The notes beneath the pieces are model-generated. The model searched no databases. It worked only from the letters and a program-made list of their open reading frames with translations, and was not told the DNA's origin. This document shows, one piece after another, positions 17,266-31,189 of a stretch of DNA of 64,000 bases. Source of the stretch: Eledone cirrhosa. Taxonomy: Eukaryota. The position numbers and the translations under genes were made by a program. The number at the start of each line of letters is the position of its first letter. Within the stretch, counting starts at the first letter, position 1. The stretch spans positions 190,650,001-190,714,000 of the forward strand of contig OZ024740.1 in NCBI GenBank assembly GCA_964016885.1, written 5' to 3'.

Positions 17266-18409
17266 TTAAGATGTAGGGTTACTGATTGTTCTCACATCTG
17301 GTTGGTGTTTGATTGTTACTTCTGTTTTATATGGAAAAAATTGGCTCGAAATGCTAGGTTTTTAGAGAAGTAATTTGGTTGGTTGGTGAGTAAGTATAAT
17401 AAATTTCGTGCCAGTTCGCGTTACAAAGTTCTTATTATCTTTACTTTAAAAAAGTGGGGGGGGGGGGCTTTGGGGCTCAGGTTGTTTTTTCATATATGAG
17501 TGAAGTTTGGTTGGTTGATGCACTCACGTGAATAACCACATCATCTTTCGCGCTATCTTGTGTTTGAATTTCTTTTTACTTAAAAAAAGGTGGCTCACGA
17601 AGGTTTTTTTTTTATAAATGTAATTTGATTGGTCATAAATAAAATTATGACTGTCACGTGAACAAGTACGCTACATTTCGCGCCCGTATTTTGGAATCTT
17701 TTTTTTAGTAGCCAAACAAAAGATAATGGTGTCAAACAAAAGATAATGGTCAAGAAAACGGGATGGAGAGAGTTGTTCTGAGTATGACTGATGTGCTGAA
17801 ATGTGATTTGATTGGTTATAAATGAAATTATGACTCACATGAACACGTACCTTAAAATCGTGCCCGTATTTGGGAATTTCTTTTGTAGCCTTTTAGAGAA
17901 TTTTGTGCCAAACAAAATATAATGGTCAAGAAAAACGGTTTGGGGAGGATTGTTCTGGTTCAGTGAATATGGCTGCTATGCTGGGGTGTCAACATTTAGA
18001 CTTTCTATTTAAATAAAGAAAGATGAGATATGTATGTTTATTTGTGTGCTGGTGTGTGTGTGTAGGAAGATAATTTTATTAGCAGAAATGGGGGAGAAAT
18101 GTGTGTGTGTATGGGTATTAACTCTGTGTAAGTATGTGTGTGTGGGAGTAAGATCAGCATGTTAAGATGGAGAGAATATATATATATATATATTTGTTGT
18201 GTGTGTGTGTCAGAAAATGATTCCGTTAGTAGAAATCGGGGAGGGAGTTATGTGTGTGTGTGTGGGGGGGGCATGTTAAGGTGTTATAGTATTAACGTAT
18301 GTTAAGGTTTATTTAGTTCTGGTTTTTCTTTTCTAAAATAGAAGGTATTATGTGTGTGTACGTATGTGTCTGTTTGGATGGTTAGCATATGGTGTTGACA
18401 TAATGTATG

Positions 18410-20300
18410 TTAAACTATATTCAATGCTGGTCTATATTTTTGAATAAACATATGTTCCTTATTTATTCGTATTTGTTCTGTTGTATTGTCAGCGCAAAGA
18501 TATAATGGGAAGCCTTGGAATGTGGGTGTCTTATTACTTGCGCATATGTCTAGATGTGCACTCAGTGGTATCTGTATTATGGTAGGATTTCGTAATCGTT
18601 GGCGATGAACTGTCTTTTGGTTTCTGAGTGTGAGTTTAGTTTGGCCTATATAATCTTCATTGCATCCTTTACATTTAATGGCATAAAGTAGATTTTTGAT
18701 GAGCAAGTGAAGTGATGTTTTACAGCAAAATTTTGTCCCGATTGAAATGTATACGTGTTGCCTTCAATGAGGTAGGTGCAAGTTCCACAATTACAGCGAC
18801 CACATTTTTTGACAGTTGTCTTGTGGTAAGTAATTTGGCATTGGTGAGTAATGTTTTTAGTGATTTCGGTTTTCTTTTGCTTTTGATTATGTTGAGTGTT
18901 TCAAGGGCTTTTTTTCATTATTGGGTCTTGTTTCAATAGTGGGATGTTCTTGTGATTAGTGTTGTAAGCTTCCGCATTTATTGAGTTGTGTGTTGAGATA
19001 TATGATAGAATATTGGATGTACCTTGAATTTGTTTCTGTTTTCGTAATTCATCAATGCCTATTGCTTTAGCCCTTTCCATTCCATTATTTATTAGTAATT
19101 GTGGGTACTCTCTTTCGAGTAGAATTCCCATTGATTCTTTTATTTCACGTTTAATAATTGGATACAATTGTGCAAATTATTCTTGCTAGGTTAAAAGGGG
19201 TATTCGTCCTTGTGTGCTTTGGATGGTTGGAGCTGAATAGCATGTATTGTTTGGAATCTGTTGTTTTCTAGTGTATGTCAGTTTCAATATCTGTGTTTTT
19301 TGTATGATTAAGATGTCCAGAATTGGGAGTTGATCTTGGCTGTATTCCATTGTAAATTGAATGTGCTTATTAAAGCAGTTAATTAAATTTTTGAAATCAT
19401 TTAGTTTGTCGAGTGTATGAGACCAAAGCATGAGACAATCATTCAAGTAAGGTTTCCAATTATCTGATAAATATTTGTGTTAGTACAATACGTATTTTGA
19501 TTTGGACTGTTCATATATATGGACATCCAAGTATGCCATGACTAAGTTGGCATACGTTGGAACAACTTTTGTACGCATCGCAGTCCCCGATAGGTGCTTG
19601 TAAGTAATGCCATCGAAATAAAAAACGTTGTTCCGTAAAATGAATTTTAATCCCTCGGTGATGAAGCTTCTGTCGGCTATCTCATTGTCATATTTCTCTA
19701 GCCAGAATCCTATTGCTTCTAGTCCGTATTGGTGTGGGATCGTTGTGTAGAGATTCACTACATCGAAAGACCCAATAATAGTGTCGTTGCTGACATGTTT
19801 GGGGAAGTGGTTTAGGAGGTCCAGATCATCTCTTACAATGCTTGGTATGTGTTTGAGAATTGGTTTTAATAGTATGTCTATGACGTTGCTTATTTTGTGT
19901 GTTTCACATTGTGGGCCCGCTACACATGGTTTTAATTTAAGATCTGTGGGGTATTGTGTATTCACGCATGTTGAGGTGGATTGTTTACAGGCATCGCTAA
20001 TTATTTTACACTTGTGGATCTTCACAGAGTGTACATCTCGTAGATTGGGTTATATTGGTCGTTCCAGCTTTCGGAGCATTGCTGATTCAATGGTTTCGAT
20101 TAGTTTAGTTAATGCTGGAATAATATTCGTCTTTTGGGTATTTTCTGCTTCTTCATGGGGTCATTTTTTTAGATATGTATTTTGTCCACTTGTTGGTCAA
20201 AATTGAATGTTTGGAGGAAATGTCTTTGAGTTCATTTAACATGTCCTGGTTCAGTGCGTTGTCGTTTTATTGAGATTTGATGGCATTTTCGGTCTTCGTA
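18410..20300 (-). pseudogene. Frameshifted PLE reverse transcriptase plus GIY-YIG endonuclease
   Basis: SFDVVNLYTTIPH, GTAMRTKVVPTYANL, YLND (decayed YxDD), IQFTME..LPILDI, Cys-rich linker CGRCNCGTC, LYAIKCKGCNEDYIGQT. Confidence 0.93.
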
Positions 20301-21223
20301 TGGCGGGTATGTATTAGAAAGTGAGGTTTTTTTACAAAATAAAAAAAAAACGAGGTGTCCTACACGAGTGAATGTATAAGGAAAAAAGATGAAATCCAAA
20401 ATGCAACTGGAGTCTTTTTTTTTAATAAAAATATATATTTATTTGGTTCCTTTAACGGTTTCGCAGTTCTTCTGCTTTTCAAAAGTAGAATTGAAACGGA
20501 GGGATTGTGGTTTTTCTCGTATCTGGTTGGTGTTAGAATGTTAATTCTGTTTTATATGGCAAACAAGTGGTTCGAAATGGTAGGTTTTTAGAGAAGTAAA
20601 CTGGGTTGGTTGGTGAGTAGTATAATACATTTCGCGCCATTTCGCCTTGCAAAGTTCTTATTATATATGCCCCAGCCCCCAACAAAAAATGGGGGGGTCT
20701 CAGGTTATTTTTTCATATATGAGGGAAGTTGGGTTGGTTGATGCAGTCACGTGAATAAGCACATCAGCTTCGCGTGTGTGTTTGAATTTTTTTTACTATA
20801 TGTATATATATATATATATATATGTATGTCAACATTTTATTTATAACCAATCAAATTACATTTATTAAAGAAGGCCTTCGTGACCCAACTTATATATATA
20901 TATATATATATGCAAAATAACACCAAGAAAACTATCCTTGCATACGAGACCCACCCTCAAACGACTCAGACAAAAAGAAGCGGCAAGAAAACCTCTCAAA
21001 ATAAGCGTCGATTACATGCTTATCGACAATGGTAAGGTTGTAACCTCATCTAGTAGCGGATAAAAAATTTGTCCGGGAAAGAATGCCCTAACACCGGCCA
21101 GAGTTATCTCCCTTGACCTGCTGCAAAATCAAAACAAGCAATTTTTGCGAGCAATGAACCTTGACGTGGATTCAACACCATAAACTCTTTCCGAGCAATG
21201 TAAGGAACACTTTTGATTATGTA

Positions 21224-21263
21224 TGCCTTTGAGAAGCCCAACTGGGTGAAACGTACGTAGGTG
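21224..21263 (+). ncRNA. Minimal type I HHR, U3-A8 variant, in a (TA)n-flanked island (about 20912-21466)
   Basis: TGCCT-TTGAGAA-GCCC-AACT-GGGT-GAAA-CGTACG-TA-GGTG; perfect palindrome ACGTACGT; AATAAA follows. Confidence 0.75.
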
Positions 21264-21465
21264 CTCTTTTAAATAAACCTGTTTTAACGGACTATTCTCG
21301 GATTTCTTACATTCCCACGTGCTTACGCTCTGCTAACTCTCTAGCCCACGAAATATTAACACTTCAAATAGTTAATACTGCCGGCACTAGTTTCGCTACT
21401 TGGCAAATAACTAAATGTATCACCTATCTTCCCCTTTTTTTCTGTCTCTCGATACGTAAATACTG

Positions 21466-21681
<216 letters not shown>

Positions 21682-22510
21682 GTATTTACGTATATATATA
21701 TATTTATTATAATAACAGATTAAAGTTTAAGCAAATAATCGCTGTTTTCACCCTTAACGGGATCTTCTGAAACTAACAAAGTCAATCTGTAAACGCAGAA
21801 GTGAATATTTCAAAAATGTTGAGACCGGGGGAAGACGGGAAGTCGATACTTTGGTACGTGGATACGTTCCCTGGAACAGAAATGGAAAAACAGAATATAA
21901 TACGTCATTATTCGGAGCGGTAAAAAAACATTTACACGCAAAGACAGAACCACCTTTATGGTATAAAAGAAGTCGTAGTGTAATATGCTCTAAGGTCGTT
22001 CATAGAGCCGGTCTCTGGCAATGAACGGAAACAACGAAGATAATACGTCATATGTGGGGCGTGGCGAACAATTGCACGCAAAGACAAAACCACGTAAACG
22101 GCATAACTGAAGTTGTAGACTAAAATTCTAACTAGGAAACCGAATGCTTCTCCGCTTCAGAGTTAAGAATAAAGTAAATAAAATAAATAAAATACAGAGG
22201 AAATTGAAATTAAATAAATACATACACGCATCCAAATACGTACATACACAAGCATACGCGAAAACACTCGCCATATGTATACAGATACATGCACATGTAG
22301 ATGTGTGGGTGTGTGTGCGTGTATACCAATAATTAAATAAACGTATATAGATAAATAAATACGTATGTAACAAGCGTACACATGTAGATACACAAATGTT
22401 CGGAGACCAACGTAAACCAAAACACGAAGTACACATATACACACACACTACATACGTGCCAACCCGCATACTCACACAGACGCAAAACTTATATTGGGTG
22501 TGGTTGTCTT

Positions 22511-23300
22511 TTAGACTCTAGATATAAGCTGAAGTGATGTCATATTCCTTCTTAGAGGGTAACGAAAAGAATGGGTATGCATGTAAAGGCGCTGCTTGAA
22601 TCTATTGGCGGTTAACCCTATGTAGGCTCTACGGGACGTGTGTGTTTCAACCTTACGTTTGTAGACAATGTTACTAGAGAGGAATTTCCCGGATAGGGGG
22701 CAATCAACCCGATTCCTACAATTACAGTTAGTACTAATTATAGGGTTGCACGTGTTCCTACGGCTAGGTAGTTTAGCTAAACTGGAAGCTGTGATGTTAT
22801 GTGCAATGTTAGGAATCGTAGAGTAAGATATTTTTAATAGTATTTCTATTAAAATGTTTACTATATTTGTGTGTAGGGGGAAATGGTTCGTAATAAGGGA
22901 TAGAAAGATTTTAGCTAATGGTGTGGCCACCTCCAAATTATATGGTGGGTTATACCATATAATGCGTCGGGATCTATTTCTTCTAGGTCTATTCTCGTAC
23001 TCTGTATATGCTATCTTATCGACAAATCGACTCCGAGCAAGAGCTTCATTGTAATATGTGGAATGGTCGTTGAAAATATGCTTGTATGTAGATAGACGGG
23101 AAAGCCTCAACGAAACGTTTCTTACCAGGTTTTTGGTTATGCTGGCAGGATTGTTGGAATGCTTACTTAATTAAGCGTATCATTCGGCTTTCTATACGGG
23201 TAATACAAGCCATTCGATAGATTGAGGGTAACGTCGAGGTAATTAACGACCGAGAGGTTGGCCTCGACCTGTATAGAGAGGTTGAAGCCTTTAAAGTTAT
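22511..23300 (-). pseudogene. PLE RT thumb, linker and GIY-YIG remnant (CxCx5C linker, resembling Hydra-type PLEs)
   Basis: NYLDVTLNL..YPYRKPN, IIWYNPPY, KISYS, CNCRNRVDCPLSG, IVYK..AYIGLTANRFKQRLYMH; clade label from remembered motifs only. Confidence 0.88.
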
Positions 23301-23649
23301 ACCATTAAAGGTATACCATTAAAGTTATACCATTTACGTGGTTTTGTCTTTTCGTGCAATTGTTCTCCACATATGACGTATTATCTTCGTTTTTTCCGTT
23401 CATTGCCAGAGAACGTCTCTATGAACCACCTTAAAGAATATTAGTCTACGTCTTCTTTTATACCATAAACGTGGTTCTGTCTTTGCGTGAAATTGTTTTT
23501 CACCGCTCCAAATAATGACGTATTATATTCGTTTTTTCCCGTTCTTTGCCAGGGAACGTTTCCACGAACCAGAGTATCGTCTTCCTATCTTCCTCCGGTT
23601 GCAACGTTTTTTGAAATATTCACTTCTGCGTTTACAGATTGACTTCGTT

Positions 23650-23700
23650 AGTTTCAGAAGATCCCGTTAAGGGTGAAAGCAGCGATTCATTGCTTAAACT
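23650..23700 (+). ncRNA. Family B HHR-like motif with CAGAAGA core (copies 21724-21774 -, 14189-14237 -, 52419-52469 +)
   Basis: AGTTT-CAGAAGA-T-CCC-GTTAA-GGG-T-GAAA-GCA..TGC-TT-AAACT. Confidence 0.6.
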
Positions 23701-23827
23701 TTAATTTTGTATTTTAATAAATATTTGCTCTACGGTTCTTATATATTTGATATATATATGTATATATCCTTATCGAGCCCTCTTTGGATTTTAGTCTTCA
23801 AATTTATTATTATTATTATTATTACTG

Positions 23828-23953
<126 letters not shown>

Positions 23954-23962
23954 TATATATTA

Positions 23963-25118
23963 TATTGACTGATGAATAGTTTTGTTAACTTTAAAACCTT
24001 TCTGTTGAGAACTTAATTCGTTTTGTGATATTTTGCAAATTCGCAATAATATACACATACTGAATTCATCCGCCAAAAAGACGGTCTGCCTCCCTTGTCG
24101 AGCCCTACGTGGGTATTGTTAACGGTCAATACTTGGCCTGGCACTTGAACTAAAAGCCTGTTTAGAAAGTGACTTCCTTGTTCAATCATCTTACCAGAAG
24201 CCTAACATTATTTGTTTAAGCGGACAGTACTTGATTTAGGAGTCGCAGAAACCCAAATGATTGATTTTTACCAACCATCCAGGTGACCGGGTAAATTTTT
24301 CAATCAGATTTGTTTATTTGTGTGACCCGCATTACTTGGTCGTTTCTATAGCTGTGCGGATAATGGTTTAACCATCGTCTCAGTGTGTTTGGGCTTTTAA
24401 TGTATGGTGTATCTCTGGTTCGTTAGAATTATTGAGAGCTTGCCACACATCTCGGAAGTTGTTTATCGCCCATTTCCAAAGCCGAAATACGATTATCGCT
24501 GATTTATATTTGTATTAATCTCCAGAGTCTAGCTATTGACCATTCAATTTTCTTGATTTTTTAGTTAAATCTATTGACTGATGAATAGATTTTAACTTTA
24601 AAACCATTCTGTTGAGAACTTAATTCGTTTTTTGAAATTTTGCAATTTCGCAATAATATACACATACTGAATTTCATCCGCCAAAAATAAGGGTTGCCTC
24701 CCTTGTCGAGCCCCACGTGGGTATTGGTAACTGTCAATCCTTGGCCTGGCACTTGAACTAAAAGCCTGTTGAGAAAGTGATTTCCTTGTTCAATCATCTT
24801 ACCAGAAGCCTAACATTATTTGTCTAAGCGGATAGTACTTGATTTAGGAGTAGCAGAAACACAAATGCTTGATTTTTGCCAACCATGCTGGGGTCCGGGT
24901 AAATTTTTCAATCACATTTTTTTTATTTGTTTGACCCGAATTATTTGCTCGTTTCTATGGCTGTGCGGATAATGATTTAACCATCGTCTCAGTGTGTTTG
25001 GCCTTTTAACGTATGCTCTGGTTCGTTAGAATTATTGAGCGTTTGCCACACATCTCGGAAGTTGTTTTTCGCTCATTTCCAAAGCCGAAGTACGATTCTC
25101 GGTAATTTATATTTGTAT
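23963..25118. repeat. Diverged tandem dimer of about 609-bp units between (TA)n tracts
   Basis: ATTGACTGATGAATAG occurs at 23964 and 24573, followed by colinear similarity. Confidence 0.88.
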
Positions 25119-25137
25119 AAATATATATATGTATATA

Positions 25138-25317
<180 letters not shown>

Positions 25318-25321
25318 CATG

Positions 25322-25399
<78 letters not shown>

Positions 25400-25435
25400 G
25401 ATTACAATAATCAAAGTTCAGTTTAAATAATTTAT

Positions 25436-25484
25436 TTGCTTACAATTGTTCCCTCCAAACCGAGGGTTGGATTCTTTGGAGCAA
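25436..25484 (-). ncRNA. Decayed HHR (stems intact, core mutated)
   Basis: TTGCT-CCAAAGA-A-TCCA..TGGA-G-GGAA-CAATTG-TA-AGCAA followed by ATAAA. Confidence 0.5.
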
Positions 25485-25622
25485 CTATTTAGTGATCTAT
25501 AACGTGCTTCACATCCTTTTCAACACAAGAGACATATAAAAACATATGCATATATTGACCCACAGTGGGTTGGCATCCATCATAATGATATAGCATGGCA
25601 ATTTACATATAAAGGTTAACGG

Positions 25623-26018
25623 ATAAAAATAAAAATAAAAATAAAAATAAAAATAAAAATAAAAATAAAAATAAAAATAAAAATAAAAATAAAAATAAAA
25701 ATAAAAATAAAAATAAAAATAAAAATAAAAATAAAAATAAAAATAAAAATAAAAATAAAAATAAAAATAAAAATAAAAATAAAAATAAAAATAAAAATAA
25801 AAATAAAAATAAAAATAAAAATAAAAATAAAAATAAAAATAAAAATAAAAATAAAAATAAAAATAAAAATAAAAATAAAAATAAAAATAAAAATAAAAAT
25901 AAAAATAAAAATAAAAATAAAAATAAAAATAAAAATAAAAATAAAAATAAAAATAAAAATAAAAATAAAAATAAAAATAAAAATAAAAATAAAAATAAAA
26001 ATAAAAATAAAAATAAAA
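25623..26018. repeat. Perfect (AAAAAT)n hexamer tract of about 395 bp
   Basis: Direct reading; source of the FYFY/FIFI ORF artefacts. Confidence 0.97.
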
Positions 26019-26304
26019 CATTGGCAGTTTATGAAGATAAAGCAAGAGGAAAGTTTCGAGTAGTCAGTGTATGAAACAATCTCACGTGTAGCATGCACGC
26101 GTGTCTTATTTATACATGATTAGAGTGCGCCAGATCGTTACTTGTAGAATCAGGCAGTTAAAGCAGACAATCAATATTATCATGTGGGCCGTATTGTTAA
26201 ATCATTTTTTTCCCATACACCTGTATGATATACAATACCGAATGTAGAGAAACACCATATATGTCAACATGTTATTTAAAACCAATCAAATTATATATAT
26301 ATGC

Positions 26305-26374
<70 letters not shown>

Positions 26375-26405
26375 TATATATATATATATGCATATATACA
26401 TATGC

Positions 26406-26454
<49 letters not shown>

Positions 26455-26470
26455 GCATATATACATAGGC

Positions 26471-26511
<41 letters not shown>

Positions 26512-26527
26512 GCATATATACGTAGGC

Positions 26528-26573
<46 letters not shown>

Positions 26574-26591
26574 GAGTATGTATATATGCAT

Positions 26592-27741
<1,150 letters not shown>

Positions 27742-27770
27742 TAATTTATTTAAAATAAACAATACACTAT

Positions 27771-27848
27771 AATTACCTCATTACCAGAGATTTCCCGAAT
27801 AAAACGAATACAAGACACGTCCGCATTCGTTCATCAGACAAGGCAATT
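27771..27848 (-). ncRNA. Type I HHR with 11-bp stem I
   Basis: AATTGCCTTGT-CTGATGA-ACGAATGC..GTATTCGT-TTTATTCGG-GAAA-TCTCTGG-TA-ATGAGGTAATT; AATAAA then (TA)n downstream. Confidence 0.75.
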
Positions 27849-27924
27849 TAAAACCTAGTGAAATATTTGAAAAATCTCCTCAAGAAAGGCAAAAGTTTAC
27901 AGGGCCCACAAAATAAATAAAACT

Positions 27925-28100
27925 AATAATTGTTTCTACTTTAGGCACAAGGCCAGCAATTACCAGTGCATTACTGGTACTTTATTTTATCGACCCCGTA
28001 AGGATGAAAGGCAAAGTCAACCTCGGCGGGATTTGAACTCAGATGGTAAAGGGACGTAACTATGCTGGAAAGCATGGCGTCCGACCCTCTACCGATACTA
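27925..28100 (-). mobile_element. tRNA-derived SINE, slightly 5'-truncated
   Basis: GAGTTCAAATCCCGCCGAGGTTGACTTTGCCTTTCATCCTTACGGGGTCGATAAAATAAAGTACC on the minus strand. Confidence 0.9.
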
Positions 28101-28760
28101 ACTAATAATACAAGAGATGTATCAAAAATAAAAATAAAGATATATAGTAAGGGGATGTGTATAAATGTGTGTATATGCACTCATAAATATACATGTGTGT
28201 ATGTACAAAGGCACGTGTATATGAAATAATGTGCGCGTAAGTACATACATGAGGGCAAACATATTAGTTTATGTGTGACCACATATACGTATATAAAGAT
28301 ATATATGTTGAAAAGGGAATTGTAAGATAATGGAGTTAGCGTACAGACTGACTCAGGGACTAATGATTAAATATATACACATCAAGGTTGAAAGGACGCA
28401 CGCGTATAAACATACTCGCATGCGCAACCACATACATGTATGTGATATGTACAGGGAAGGGGGTGTAAAATGTCAAAGCAGTGTCAGCCTGAATGGTCGA
28501 TACAAATATAAAAATATGATTAATTAATGAACTAATATATAAGATAAGAATAATAAATTTAAGGCAAAGAGAAAGTAAGCGGGAGGGGTTACGATATAGA
28601 AAGTAACACTCGAAGAAAACAAATCAATAAAAAAGTAGAAAACATGCATATATTAGAACAAGCTCATACATATATATATATATATATATATATAGGAATA
28701 TATATATATACATACAGACAAAGACACCACATGCACATCTAATCACACGCACGCACGGGA

Positions 28761-28800
<40 letters not shown>

Positions 28801-28985
28801 CGTATACGTAAACGCACACATGCACACACACATTGACACATACATGCACACATACAAATGCGTTCGTATACATATACGAACATGTATACACATATATGCA
28901 CACATAAGCATACATATATAAAAAAAACAGCCGTATGAATAAATGGGTACAAACTATTTGCAAAAGGCTACACGCCGAAAGCAAA

Positions 28986-30113
28986 ATCACATTATTTCTA
29001 ACTTGACCACTGCCACGTCACGATTCATAGCCATTTTTGAATCTATTTTTGGCTCGATCGCTTTGGAAAATTAATTATCCAATCTTCAGTTTGTCTCCTG
29101 ATGAGTCTGTTACTTTAGGTCCATCCTAACAATAGGAAATCTAAAAATACGGACGAAACCATGGTAGAGATGTAATTACGGTATGTACACGTTTTTCTAA
29201 GTTTAAATGTACACCTAATTGTGTATGGTTGACGGTATATTTAGTCAGTTTCTACATGCTGTTGAAATGTTGGATAAATACTCTATTGGGGTCACCGCGA
29301 AGAGGCCGCTTTAGGTTATTTATCAAATATTTCTTCATAGGAGCCTTTAATCTCATAGCCTGTTCTAATTGATTTTTTATATGGTTAATTATGCTAATTG
29401 GGAGAGGAAATGATATATATTTTATCTAATAATTCTAAGGACATGATTTATGATATATTGCTCTGATTATTTAATTTATTAATTCTTCATTGAGCCACAA
29501 CGTGACCGGTTGCCACATATATATATATGACTTTATGTATATGTATATCTTAATATTTAATAATCTCCCGTTGGGTTGAGATACAATTGGGCGATATTGG
29601 GCTGCGCTTTATAGAAACCAGTCTACCCGCCGTAAGCAACTTATCACATTCTTTCTAACTTGACCACCTCCACGTCACGATCCTTAGCCATTTTTGAATC
29701 TATTTTTGGCGCGATCGCTTTGGAAAATTAACTGTCCAATCTTGAGTTTGTCTCCTGATAAGTCTGTTACTCTAGGTCCATCCTAACAATAGGATATCTA
29801 AAAACACGGACGAAACCATGGTAGAGATGTAATTACGGTATGTACACGTTTCTTCTAAGTTTAAATTTACACCTAATTGTGTATGGTTGACGGTATATTT
29901 AGTCAGTTTCTACATGCTGTTGAAATGTTGGATAAATACTCTATTGGGGTCACCGCGAAGAGGCCGCTTTAGGTTATTTATCAAATATTTCTTCATATGA
30001 GCCTTTATTCTTATAGCCTGGTCTAATTGATTTTTTTATATGGTTAATTATGCTAATTGGGAGAGGAAATGGTATATATTTTATCTAATAATTCTAAAGA
30101 CATGATTTATGAT
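28986..30113 (+). mobile_element. Retrozyme-like tandem dimer, 657-bp unit
   Basis: ATCACATT..TTTCTAACTTGACCAC at 28986 and 29643; one HHR per unit. Confidence 0.88.
29093..29171 (+). ncRNA. Canonical-core type I HHR (second copy 29750-29828 reads CTGATAA)
   Basis: GTCTC-CTGATGA-GTCTGT..ACGGAC-GAAA-CCATGG-TA-GAGAT; palindromic ACCATGGT; predicted cut after 29166. Confidence 0.9.
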
Positions 30114-30130
30114 ATATACATATACATATA

Positions 30131-30740
30131 GAAGTGGTTACACACAGTTAATTAACCATACCGAGAACAATTGTTTCACTTTAGCGGATCCTCAGCTCGT
30201 AATGGACATGGTTATACGGAACAGGAAGAACAACCGTACGAACGCGCGTGTGCTGAAACAATCATTTCACACAGGCATGACTAAATTGCGTGCGAGAGGT
30301 GTAAGGGAGATAACTGCGAAAGTCAGAAAAGTTTCTAGTTGATAAGAAAATTAGGATCTTGTAATTCAATCCGGAGTTTTGTAGTTATGTAAGAGGTGTT
30401 TCCAGACGGGTGGACAACGTGTGAATAATTCAATTCTCGTTTTTAGGCAATCACTATGGCGTATTCTCTTTAGAATATTTATTCGTTCATCAATACATAG
30501 TCCACACGACGGATTGCCCCTTGCGTATGGTTTGGACTTAGTGATGGCTTTCCATTAAATGGAGTACTTGAGTCCTTGAGGGACCATACGTGGCTCGCGA
30601 GTTTCGTGGATGAACCTAAAGGTCGACTGGTGGTGCAGGAAGGGTTCATTAAATCGGCCCTCCGCCATACCCACATAGGATGTGAACTCCTATGGTTGAT
30701 TTGTTCGGTTGGAGGTGACCACAGCTTCAGAAACTACAAA
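30131..30740 (-). mobile_element. PLE 3' end (family D): GIY-YIG C-terminus, 3' UTR and HHR-like motif at 30162-30199
   Basis: STKLASHVWSLKD..SKPYARGNPSCGLCIDERINIL..LFTRCP; CGAG-CTGAGGA..GAAA-CAATTG-TT-CTCG. Confidence 0.78.
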
Positions 30741-30744
30741 CTCT

Positions 30745-30914
30745 TCATCTAAATTCTACTTTTCAAAAGCACAAGTACTGCGAAACCGGTAAAGGAACCA
30801 AATAAATAAAAAAAGACTCTAGATGCATTTTCGATATCATCTTCTTTCCTTATACTTTCACTCGTGCTGGACACCTCGTTTTGTTTTCATTTTGTAAACA
30901 AACCTCACTTTCTA

Positions 30915-30916
<2 letters not shown>
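30745..30916 (+). mobile_element. Isolated PLE-1 family pLTR fragment
   Basis: Reverse complement of about 17087-17272; HHR remnant 30754-30797 with GAAA-CCGG-TA. Confidence 0.8.
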
Positions 30917-30945
<29 letters not shown>

Positions 30946-30947
30946 AG

Positions 30948-30978
<31 letters not shown>

Positions 30979-31059
30979 TTAACGAAGGAAATGTTGTAAG
31001 GCTCAGGTGGACCCTAATTCACGTGAGTAGTCGATATTTAGGGTAGTATAAAGGGTAAT

Positions 31060-31175
31060 ATGAAAAGAGCCAGGACGCCGACGGCTGACTGTTAGGACCT
31101 AACACTACTGGTTTAACTCGGATCTAGCTGTCGAAACGGCTGGAGCTCAGCCGTCGGGGTCCTGATCCTTTTCAT
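31060..31175. repeat. GC-rich hairpin
   Basis: ATGAAAAGAGCCAGGACGCCGACGGCTGA pairs with TCAGCCGTCGGGGTCCTGATCCTTTTCAT. Confidence 0.8.
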
Positions 31176-31189
31176 TTATATATATAATA

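Larger units (their letters stand above)
17087..20890 (-). mobile_element. Penelope-like element PLE-1 (Neptune-like) with direct pLTRs
   Basis: Direct repeats about 17087-17580 and 20312-20797 flank a decayed RT/GIY-YIG ORF; short inverted piece at about 20835-20886; (TA)n at both ends. Confidence 0.88.
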
